Assembly (NCBI GenBank): GCA_021372475.1
Contig: JAJFUJ010000162.1
Location: forward strand, 15,173-79,172
Reading direction: 5' to 3'
Length of the DNA stretch: 64,000 nucleotides
Source of the DNA: Chloroflexota bacterium
GTDB lineage: Bacteria > Chloroflexota > Anaerolineae > UBA1429
The notes under the pieces were generated by a model. That model did no database searches. It was not told where the DNA came from and worked only from the letters and a program-made list of their open reading frames with translations. This document shows positions 7,940-15,504 of this stretch, piece after piece. Within the stretch, counting starts at the first letter, position 1. Every line of letters starts with the position of its first letter. The position numbers and the translations under genes are program-made.

Positions 7940-9622
7940 CTAGATGACTCCTGTGAAGCCGGCAATGAAACCAACTACCGATATCCCCAGCACAACCCAA
8001 GTGGGCTTAATGCGGTGTTTGAGTACCCACAAACATAGCAGGCACATCCCCAGCACGAGCGCTTGCGGCACAAGCGCATCCAGGATACCCTGCAGGGGCA
8101 CCACTTGGCTGCCCAGGTTCAGGGTCACCAGCAGGTTCAGGGGAACCGCCCGCGCTAGCAGAACGCCCAACATCACACTGCCGACCAACTCCAGGCTTGC
8201 GAGCCACTGCTGCCAAGCTCCTGATGCGATGCGCCGCTGAATCAATGACCGGCTACCCCGGTAACCTGCCATGTAACTCAACGCACCTACTCCCCAAATG
8301 CTGATAGCCACCATCAGGGTGTAGATAACCGGCCCCAGTAAACCAACCTGGCGAGTCAATCCAATCCCTAGCATCAGAGCGAGTGGGATCCAGGTCCCCT
8401 GGATAAGCGAATCGCCGATGCCAGAGATCGCTCCCATCAACCCTATTTTGATAGCATTGACTGTATTGTAGTTTGGTTCGGCTTCGCAAGCTTGTTTCTC
8501 CTCCATAGCTGCGACCGTACCGATAACAAAGGCCCCTAGGTTAGGCTCGCTATTGAAGTAAGTAATATGCCTATTAAGAGCTTCTGCTCGTTCCCTTTGG
8601 TTAGGGTATAGACGGTTGATAATCGGGATCATGCTATGAGCAAAACCCAAACCCTGCATACGTTCATAGTTATAACTGGCATGCGAAAAGAACAGCCAAT
8701 TGAGCCATGAGACGGCCAGATCCCTTCGCTTCAACTTACGCGGGAGATACGGGGCATTGGCATCCGTTTCAGGAGCTGCCGTCTGAGCCGTAGGCTGCAC
8801 GAGCCAGGCGATGCACGCTGCTGCAAGCGCCAGAGCCAACAAAGGCCAATCGGTCAACGCCGCAACCAAAAAGCCAAGGATGAACCAGGCGCCATTACGC
8901 CCGTGCCACAACAGAGTCAGGCTATAAGCTAGGCCCACTATGGGCAATACAGCGCCCGCACCGGAGAGACCTTTAAGCAGCCAGGACGGAATCTGCGCCA
9001 GGTTCTGGCTGAGCCAGGCAGGTCCCCAATAGACGGCGGCTGCGCAAGGTAGCAGGCTGATCAATACAAGCAGCGCCTGCGGCGCGAGCACATTGCACCA
9101 TACCCAGGCTTTGGTGTTACCCTGGCTCGCCAGATATTCAGCCCACCTGACGAAAACAACATCCAGCGACATACGCAGTTGATAAATGAGGTATCCCAGA
9201 ATACCGACCGGTACAGTCAGAGCCAGGGCGGCCTCAGCATCCAGGCCACCACCCAGCGCCAACGCCGTGCCGAGGTATCCGGCCAACGAGATATCGCTGG
9301 GAAGCGAACCGCCGGCAGCAACAAAACCGAGATAAGCCAGGTTTATCGTTGCGCCGATCTGCGCGCCTTCCAACGGCGCTCCCAAAATAAGCCCGACTAA
9401 TGTGCCGCCAACCAATGGCCGGTACAACGTAAAAAAGCCAATGCCCGCAACCCAAGCGCTCTGCGACAGGTAATAACACAGGCCAATAAGGAAAGCCGCC
9501 AACAAACTAATCGGGCGGGTTGGCGTTGCGTCGGCAGCATGGCTGAGCAAACCCGGGGCGGCAAGCGATACGCCGCCAAGCAGGGCCAGCCAGGCCGCTA
9601 CCCAGCGGAATCTGGGCGCCAT
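7940..9622 (-). CDS. PTS mannose/sorbose-family EIIC-EIID fusion permease
   Basis: N-terminal half resembles ManY (RPLVGGTLVGLILGA). C-terminal half resembles ManZ (SYNYERMQGLGFAHSMIPIINRLYP, GLMGAISGIGDSLIQGTW, WVVLGISVVGFIAGF). The start is uncertain: the ATG at 9622 overlaps the IIB stop by 25 nt, and the ORF-track start at 9754 is probably too far upstream. Confidence 0.75.
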   Translation of the reverse strand: MAPRFRWVAAWLALLGGVSLAAPGLLSHAADATPTRPISLLAAFLIGLCYYLSQSAWVAGIGFFTLYRPLVGGTLVGLILGAPLEGAQIGATINLAYLGFVAAGGSLPSDISLAGYLGTALALGGGLDAEAALALTVPVGILGYLIYQLRMSLDVVFVRWAEYLASQGNTKAWVWCNVLAPQALLVLISLLPCAAAVYWGPAWLSQNLAQIPSWLLKGLSGAGAVLPIVGLAYSLTLLWHGRNGAWFILGFLVAALTDWPLLALALAAACIAWLVQPTAQTAAPETDANAPYLPRKLKRRDLAVSWLNWLFFSHASYNYERMQGLGFAHSMIPIINRLYPNQRERAEALNRHITYFNSEPNLGAFVIGTVAAMEEKQACEAEPNYNTVNAIKIGLMGAISGIGDSLIQGTWIPLALMLGIGLTRQVGLLGPVIYTLMVAISIWGVGALSYMAGYRGSRSLIQRRIASGAWQQWLASLELVGSVMLGVLLARAVPLNLLVTLNLGSQVVPLQGILDALVPQALVLGMCLLCLWVLKHRIKPTWVVLGISVVGFIAGFTGVI

Positions 9623-10089
9623 ACTAGCGGCAGGTCGTGGTAGCGTGCCTGAATTATGATATTTAAACCGCATGCCGTGAGCGATCGCAGCACCTCCTTT
9701 TCTGAAGGCGACAGGTACACCTGAGCGGAGACGCGTTGGCGTCCGGTGCGCCATCCCAGGGCACCAAGCATAACCACCTCTGGATTATAGCCGGCACTCA
9801 GCAATAGCTGCAGCTCTTCCAGGCTCGGAAGCAGCACCAATACGGCGTTCTCGTCGCTGCGCTGCCACAAGTATTCCGCCGCGTCCCGCGCATTGCCTAT
9901 CCATAATTGATAGCGTTCAGCCAGAGCCGAACGCACAAGCGCCCTTTGGCCGTCATCCAGCGACTCGTGGACGACCATCACGCACACCGGATCGAGATAG
10001 CGCAGCCAGTCGAAAATCACTTGGCCGTGAACAAGACGGTCATCCACACGCACCAATACCCGACCAGCAGGCGACATGATATTCCTCAA
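9598..10089 (-). CDS. PTS mannose/sorbose-family EIIB
   Basis: VLVRVDDRLVHGQVIFDW matches the IIB(Man/Sor) IDDRLIHGQV phospho-histidine motif. 163 aa. Confidence 0.75.
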   Translation of the reverse strand: MRNIMSPAGRVLVRVDDRLVHGQVIFDWLRYLDPVCVMVVHESLDDGQRALVRSALAERYQLWIGNARDAAEYLWQRSDENAVLVLLPSLEELQLLLSAGYNPEVVMLGALGWRTGRQRVSAQVYLSPSEKEVLRSLTACGLNIIIQARYHDLPLVWRPDSAG

Positions 10090-10536
10090 CTAGCGGATGC
10101 CTTCCGGCAAGAGGTGGATATCATGCACTGCCGCCTGCAGAACGCGCCTGGCTAAAACATCCAACGACTCGGTTCGTGCTGAACTCACGCATGCCTCCAA
10201 GACCATTGCCAGGTTCATACCGCTCAATACGACAGCTCTATCTTTCCAGGGCGGGACACCGGCTATCTGCGAGGCAATCTGCCAGGGAGTCCCACCATAT
10301 ATATCGGTTAGCACAAGAAATGAAGCCTGCGGACCCAAAGCTCGCATCGTCTCAAGGAGCCGATCGTATAAATAGCTCGGATTATCCGCTCCATCCAAAT
10401 CGAACGCCTGCAGTAGTTGGCCAGATCCCACTATTACCTCCGCAGCACACTTATATGCTGCCGCCAGGCCGGAATGGGCAACCAGGATTATATGAAACAA
10501 GATTTTGTTCTCCACATAAATCAGCCAGCCCAACAC
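10090..10536 (-). CDS. PTS mannose-family EIIA
   Basis: ILFHIILVAHSGLAAAYKCAAEVIVG...LTDIYGGTPWQIASQI resembles the ManX IIA domain (GTHGWAAE...DTWGGSPFN). The ORF extends to 10689, but the first roughly 55 codons are low-complexity with no homology, so the true start is probably an internal GTG/TTG near 10515-10536. Confidence 0.65.
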   Translation of the reverse strand: MLGWLIYVENKILFHIILVAHSGLAAAYKCAAEVIVGSGQLLQAFDLDGADNPSYLYDRLLETMRALGPQASFLVLTDIYGGTPWQIASQIAGVPPWKDRAVVLSGMNLAMVLEACVSSARTESLDVLARRVLQAAVHDIHLLPEGIR

Positions 10537-10759
10537 GATAGGAGCTCCCCTTGGCCGCGGAGATGCTTCCCTTGCATCTGTCGCCCCATCCCTTTCAGGA
10601 GCTACGTCGTCGATATCAAGCAAGGGCGCGCCAGGGGATATATGGAAATGCAGCCACCCATCTACAGAGCATCCATCCCTTTCAGCCATTCCCTATGGTT
10701 ATTCTAGCATCAGGTAGTTGGTATGGCAACGCTTCGTTATGCATTTAGGGCGTGGATGT

Positions 10760-10810
10760 AAGCTTGATAATTGAACAATTTTGATTATTATGATATCAGA
10801 TATTAGCCTC
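10760..10810. promoter_or_regulatory. AT-rich divergent promoter region between the PTS operon (minus strand) and murA (plus strand)
   Basis: A 50-nt AT-rich block with several -35/-10-like hexamers (TTGATA, TTGAAC, TATTAT, TATTAG) inside an otherwise GC-rich intergenic region. Confidence 0.35.
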
Positions 10811-10853
10811 ACAGTTAGCGTCTAGCCTGCAATCTGGGCGACACCAAGGTGGG

Positions 10854-12188
10854 ATGATGCCATTTGTAATTGAAGGGGGACATCCGCTGAGCGGGTATGT
10901 GGATGTTGAAGGTGCTAAGAACGCTGCATTACCTATTATAGCTGCTACTTTGCTCACCGCTGACGAGTGCTTGCTGGAGAATGTGCCTTTCATCGAGGAT
11001 ATTCGGACTATGCTCAAGGTGCTGCACCACCTGGGGGTGGCTGCTCGTTTCGAGGGCCCCAATACGCTGCGCATAAAGGCAACCCGCATCTCCAAGGCCT
11101 ATTTGCCGGCCGATTTAGCTAAAGCGATGCGTGCCAGTTTCCTGGTTGTCGGCCCGCTGCTCAGCCGCTTTGGCCAGGCCGAAGCGCCGCATCCGGGCGG
11201 CTGCAGCATCGGCATCAGACCTGTCAGCGTGGACTTGCAGGGATTTCAGCATATGGGCGCTGAAATCAATATGTCGGATGTCAACTATGTCATTCGGGCG
11301 CCCGGGCTGCATGGCGAGCGCTTAATACTGGATTATCCCAGCCATACCGGTACCGAGAACGTCATTATGGCCGCTTGTTTGGCCGAGGGCACCACAGTTA
11401 TAGAGAATGCCTCCATCGAACCCGAAGTTGCAGACCTGATTTCCTTTTTATGCGCGATGGGGGCGCGTATCTCTGGCGCCGGCACCAGTACGCTGCACAT
11501 CGAAGGCACTGGACGTCTGCACGGCGCTTGCTTCAGGGTGATGCCCGACCGTATGGTAGCTGGCACTTATATACTTGGTGCGCTTGTCTCCGGCGGTGAT
11601 GTGGCAATGAGCGGTGTTGTCGCGCCGTATCTTGGGGCGCTATCGAACAAGCTGCAGGAAGCTGGCGCCGAGGTTTACATCAGCCAGAACGAATATCGCG
11701 TGCGCTATGTACAGCCGCTGCGGGCGGTAGATATACAGACCTACCCGTACCCTGGATTTCCAACGGATTTGCAGGCCCCTTTCACCACCGTGATGACTCA
11801 GGCGGAGGGCGATAGCTCTACCGCCGAAATGATGTTCGACGGACGGCTTCAATACGTGGACCAGCTCAAGCGTATGGGCGCAGCTATCGATATACTCGAT
11901 AACGGCCGCCGTGCTATAGTACACGGCCCTACAAGGCTCAAAGGAGCTGAAGTGCAGGCACTGGATATCCGTTCCGGAGCGGCCATGGTGATGGCCGCAC
12001 TGGCCGCCGAGGGTCAAACCACGATAAGCAATGTCACCTATATTGACCGAGGGTACCAAGATATAGACAAGCATCTCACCAGCCTAGGCGCGGTTATTTC
12101 CCGCAGCGCTGAAGAAGAACACTGCTGCCCTCCTAGCGATTCGAGCGAACCTGTTGAATGGTCCGCAATAAGTGAACTCAAAAACTAG
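10854..12188 (+). CDS. murA: UDP-N-acetylglucosamine 1-carboxyvinyltransferase
   Basis: EPSP-synthase fold start MMPFVIEGGHPLSGYVDVEGAKNAALPIIAA. Catalytic Cys context GGCSIGIRPV. AGGTGGG RBS. Confidence 0.9.
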   Translation: MMPFVIEGGHPLSGYVDVEGAKNAALPIIAATLLTADECLLENVPFIEDIRTMLKVLHHLGVAARFEGPNTLRIKATRISKAYLPADLAKAMRASFLVVGPLLSRFGQAEAPHPGGCSIGIRPVSVDLQGFQHMGAEINMSDVNYVIRAPGLHGERLILDYPSHTGTENVIMAACLAEGTTVIENASIEPEVADLISFLCAMGARISGAGTSTLHIEGTGRLHGACFRVMPDRMVAGTYILGALVSGGDVAMSGVVAPYLGALSNKLQEAGAEVYISQNEYRVRYVQPLRAVDIQTYPYPGFPTDLQAPFTTVMTQAEGDSSTAEMMFDGRLQYVDQLKRMGAAIDILDNGRRAIVHGPTRLKGAEVQALDIRSGAAMVMAALAAEGQTTISNVTYIDRGYQDIDKHLTSLGAVISRSAEEEHCCPPSDSSEPVEWSAISELKN

Positions 12189-12213
12189 ACTGCCCACGGG
12201 CTAACCGGCTCCT

Positions 12214-12244
12214 AGCCATCAATTGTGTACTGATGGCTTTTATG
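12214..12244 (+). terminator. Rho-independent terminator after murA (AGCCATCA-loop-TGATGGCT + TTTTAT)
   Basis: 8-bp inverted repeat followed by a T-run, 25 nt past the murA stop. Confidence 0.5.
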
Positions 12245-12281
12245 TTATGATTGCGTCCGATAAAAGGTTCGAGGAGGACCG

Positions 12282-13283
12282 ATGTTTGAAAAGCAGATAG
12301 GCATCGACCTCGGCACAGTCAATGTGCTGGTTTATGTGCGCGGCAAAGGCGTTGTGCTCAATGAGCCTTCTGTCGTCGCTATTTCACAGGTCGATAATCG
12401 GATCCTAGCGATTGGAAACGAAGCGCGCGCAATGCTGGGGCGCACGCCAGATACGATTGAGGTTGCCCGCCCCATGCGCAACGGCGTGATTGCCGATTAC
12501 GTCGTGACCGAGGCGATGTTGCGCTACTTTATCGGTAAAGTATGCAACCATTTTGAACGGCGCCCTGAGATTATGATCAGTGTGCCAGTCGGGGTCACCA
12601 GCGTAGAGAGCCGCGCCGTCAGAGATGCGGCTATTCAAGCAGGCGCTCGCATCGCTCATCTCATCCCTGAGCCGTTAGCTGCAGCTTTAGGCGCGAATAT
12701 GCCGATCGGCACGCCGACGGGCAATATGATTGTTAATATCGGCGGCGGTGCATCAGAGGCAGCAGTGATATCGATGTACGGTATCGTAGTATCCAACTCG
12801 GTGCGTGTAGCCGGTGAAAAGCTGGATGATGCTATCGCTGCATATATTCGTCGTAAGTACAATTTGATGATTGGCGAGAGCACGGCGGAACAAATCAAGA
12901 TAGAGATTGGTTCCGCCATTCCGCTTGATGAGGAAATGCGCCTGGAAGTGCGTGGCCGCGATCAGGTCGCCGGCTTACCCCGCACTATTACCATCACTTC
13001 TACTGAAGTGAGCGACGCGCTCTCCGAGCCGCTTGGCGTCATTGCCGCTACGGTTCGTACGGTACTGGAGAAGACTCCGCCCGAGCTTTCTTCCGACATC
13101 ATCGACCGCGGGATGGTCATTGTGGGGGGCGGGGCGCTGCTGCGTAATATCGACCGCTTCTTTACGCGCGAGACGGGTGTGCCCTGCCACGTTGCTGAAA
13201 AGCCGATGCTGTGCACGGCCCTGGGAGCTGGGCGCGGCTTGGAGTATCTACCGCTCATCCGCCGAGCAGTGGAGTCTACCTGA
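12282..13283 (+). CDS. mreB: Rod shape-determining actin homolog MreB
   Basis: [34 protein letters not shown] is the canonical MreB N-terminus. GGAGG RBS 5 nt upstream. Confidence 0.92.
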   Translation: MFEKQIGIDLGTVNVLVYVRGKGVVLNEPSVVAISQVDNRILAIGNEARAMLGRTPDTIEVARPMRNGVIADYVVTEAMLRYFIGKVCNHFERRPEIMISVPVGVTSVESRAVRDAAIQAGARIAHLIPEPLAAALGANMPIGTPTGNMIVNIGGGASEAAVISMYGIVVSNSVRVAGEKLDDAIAAYIRRKYNLMIGESTAEQIKIEIGSAIPLDEEMRLEVRGRDQVAGLPRTITITSTEVSDALSEPLGVIAATVRTVLEKTPPELSSDIIDRGMVIVGGGALLRNIDRFFTRETGVPCHVAEKPMLCTALGAGRGLEYLPLIRRAVEST

Positions 13284-13316
13284 TTCCAGGAGCGCCAGGT
13301 CCCTCGAGAGAGCCTG

Positions 13317-13928
13317 TCAAGCCCAGTGCTGAGCGCGAATAAAATCATCTGCTGTGTTGATATTAAAGAACGAGATTAAGTGTGGATCATACAACTTAAT
13401 CTCGTTTTCGCTTACCTCGCGAATATTTTGCCCAGTATAAAAACTGATAACGCGCATCTTGTTCTGAGCAATGGCCGTGCGTAACGACGGGACTACCTTA
13501 CGGTGATAAAGCGCATGAAACGGCTCCAGGCCAACCGACAGCTTGGGCACAACTATCGTATATTCCTGTCGAAGGCTCAACATATAGCGTACCAGTGGGA
13601 GCTGGATGAACGGCATATCACAGGCCATGAGGAAGACCCAATCATTGCGGGCGTGCTCCAGCCCCACAAAGATGGCCGGCAATACTCCTCTGTTGCCAGG
13701 AGGATCGTGAACGACTGCCGCGCCCTTTACTGTGATATCTTGGTCAGCGCGCGCCACACAAATAACATCATCGCTGAGTTGCAGTGCGGTAGAGACACCC
13801 CTTTGGATAAGCGGGACGCCCTCCAGCAGCAGGGTTGCTTTATCCTGGCCGATACGTTCACCGCGCCCACCTGCAAGAATAACGATGCTGACAGGTAACT
13901 CAGGCGATGAGTAATTCTGAATATTCAC
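13317..13928 (-). CDS. mobA: Molybdenum cofactor guanylyltransferase (MobA-like NTP transferase)
   Basis: VSIVILAGGRGERIGQDKATLLLEGVPLI and MACDMPFI motifs. Confidence 0.75.
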   Translation of the reverse strand: MNIQNYSSPELPVSIVILAGGRGERIGQDKATLLLEGVPLIQRGVSTALQLSDDVICVARADQDITVKGAAVVHDPPGNRGVLPAIFVGLEHARNDWVFLMACDMPFIQLPLVRYMLSLRQEYTIVVPKLSVGLEPFHALYHRKVVPSLRTAIAQNKMRVISFYTGQNIREVSENEIKLYDPHLISFFNINTADDFIRAQHWA

Positions 13929-13960
13929 ACTATCATCCGCGGCAGTGACTAGTAATAGAT

Positions 13961-14000
13961 ATGAAAATAAAGGATGCCCTTGCGATGAATCGGGGCATCC
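13961..14000 (-). terminator. Rho-independent terminator downstream of the ACP gene (GGATGCCC ... GGGCATCC, T-run on the minus strand)
   Basis: 8-bp inverted repeat at 13972-13979 / 13992-13999, with an A-run on the plus strand at 13963-13970 (a T-run on the minus strand). Confidence 0.5.
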
Positions 14001-14030
14001 TAGATCCCTAAGTGATGTTCAACCGCGAAG

Positions 14031-14267
14031 CTAACCCAGTTTTTTCTCTGCCAGATTTACGACATCTGCGACGGTAACGACATCCTTGGTCTCATCCTCG
14101 CTAATCGTAAAACCAAACTCATCCTCAAGGTCGTTCAACAGCTCAACCAGATAGAGCGAGTCTACTTTGAGATCCTCGCGCAGTTTGGCGGTAGGAACGA
14201 CTTCTTCAGGCTTTACCTGCAGCCGATCCACGATAATCTTCTGAACGCGCTCAAACGTAGTGCTCAT
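14031..14267 (-). CDS. acpP: Acyl carrier protein (78 aa)
   Basis: Phosphopantetheine-attachment context LKVDSLYLVELLNDLEDEFGFTISEDE (DSL motif). Monocistronic, with its own terminator. Confidence 0.8.
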   Translation of the reverse strand: MSTTFERVQKIIVDRLQVKPEEVVPTAKLREDLKVDSLYLVELLNDLEDEFGFTISEDETKDVVTVADVVNLAEKKLG

Positions 14268-14422
14268 TAGCCCTCCTAACCTGGTAAAAGAATGTGTTTG
14301 GCAGCAGATTCAGCCTATTATAACATCCGCGGATATGGGAGTCAATCATTCGCCTAAACCTGCGCTGCATTTCTTAACACTCTATCTGGCAATTGGTTAC
14401 GCGTTTCGTCGAATATGAATCA

Positions 14423-14451
14423 TTGACACAGCTTCGTATTCCAAGTAAAGT
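14423..14451 (+). promoter_or_regulatory. Sigma-70-like promoter for idi: -35 TTGACA (14423-14428), 17-nt spacer, -10 TAAAGT (14446-14451)
   Basis: Consensus -35, a plausible -10, then a GGAGGA RBS at 14466-14471 and ATG at 14476. Confidence 0.4.
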
Positions 14452-14475
14452 CATTATGTTATGCGGAGGAATAGG

Positions 14476-15492
14476 ATGCTAGAGCAGCGTAAACGCGAAC
14501 ATCTGGATATCTGCTTGAAACAGGGCGTGAACTCGTCTATCGCGAACGGCTTTGAGCGTTACCGGTTCACACATAATGCTCTCCCTGAGCTTGATTTAGA
14601 CCAGGTGCAGCTCAGCACGAGCTTTCTAGGGCATACACTCGAGGCGCCGTTATTGATTTCAGCGATGACCGGCGGGACCAGGGATGCTGCGGTGTTGAAT
14701 GCGCGTCTCGCTCAGGCCGCGAACAAGTTCGGGATAGCGATGGGGGTCGGTTCCCAGCGCGCGGCAATCGCGAATCCGGCTTTGCTGGAGACCTATCAGG
14801 TGCGCAGGTACGCGCCTGATATCATGCTCTTGGCGAATTTAGGTGCAGTTCAACTCAACAATGGCTATGATCTCGCCGAATGTCAACAAGCGGTAGCCAG
14901 TATCGATGCTGATGCCTTGGTCCTGCATCTAAACCCGCTCCAGGAAGCGCTGCAAAGCGATGGCAATACTAATTTCAGCCAACTGCTGGATAAAATCCAC
15001 GGTATATGCAGCGCTCTGCCGGTCCCCGTAATCGTCAAAGAAATAGGTTACGGGCTCTCCCCCCAGACAGCCGAGTATCTCCTAGAGGCCGGCGTGGCTG
15101 CTCTCGATATTGCCGGCGCGGGTGGCACTAGTTGGAGCGAAGTCGAGCGTTTGCGCTCCGCCGATTCAGCCAGGGCGCAGATTGCATCTGGATTCAGAGG
15201 GTGGGGCATCCCCACCGCAGAAGCGCTCAATACGCTGCATCGAGCCTTTCCTCAAGCCCTTTTGATTGCCAGCGGCGGTATTCGCGACGGTATCGAGGTG
15301 GCCAAGGCGCTGAGCCTCGGTGCGAGCCTGGCAGGTATCGCCAGACCTTTATTGATTGCCGCCCATAGCTCGCAGGACGAACTAGAGGCTGCGCTCCAGG
15401 TTATCATTGAGCAGTTGCGCATCAGTATGTTTTGCACCGGCTCACGGACTCTGGGGGAACTGCAGAACAGTATTACCGCTGTTAGCGATTAA
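14476..15492 (+). CDS. fni: Type 2 (FMN-dependent) isopentenyl-diphosphate delta-isomerase
   Basis: MLEQRKREHLDICL...SAMTGGTRDAAVLN...GASLAGIARPLL matches IDI-2. Start moved to ATG 14476, which sits behind a GGAGGA RBS; the track start at 14461 lies inside the RBS. Confidence 0.85.
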   Translation: MLEQRKREHLDICLKQGVNSSIANGFERYRFTHNALPELDLDQVQLSTSFLGHTLEAPLLISAMTGGTRDAAVLNARLAQAANKFGIAMGVGSQRAAIANPALLETYQVRRYAPDIMLLANLGAVQLNNGYDLAECQQAVASIDADALVLHLNPLQEALQSDGNTNFSQLLDKIHGICSALPVPVIVKEIGYGLSPQTAEYLLEAGVAALDIAGAGGTSWSEVERLRSADSARAQIASGFRGWGIPTAEALNTLHRAFPQALLIASGGIRDGIEVAKALSLGASLAGIARPLLIAAHSSQDELEAALQVIIEQLRISMFCTGSRTLGELQNSITAVSD

Positions 15493-15504
15493 GGTGGTTG
15501 TAGG

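Noticed and set aside
7215-7943. 242-aa ORF on the plus strand
   Set aside because: It is antisense to the HPr-EI gene and its product is Ser/Ala/Arg-rich low-complexity. It is a shadow ORF.
12975-13348. Minus-strand ORFs of 71 and 128 aa overlapping the mreB 3' end
   Set aside because: They are antisense to a highly conserved mreB coding region. They are shadow ORFs.
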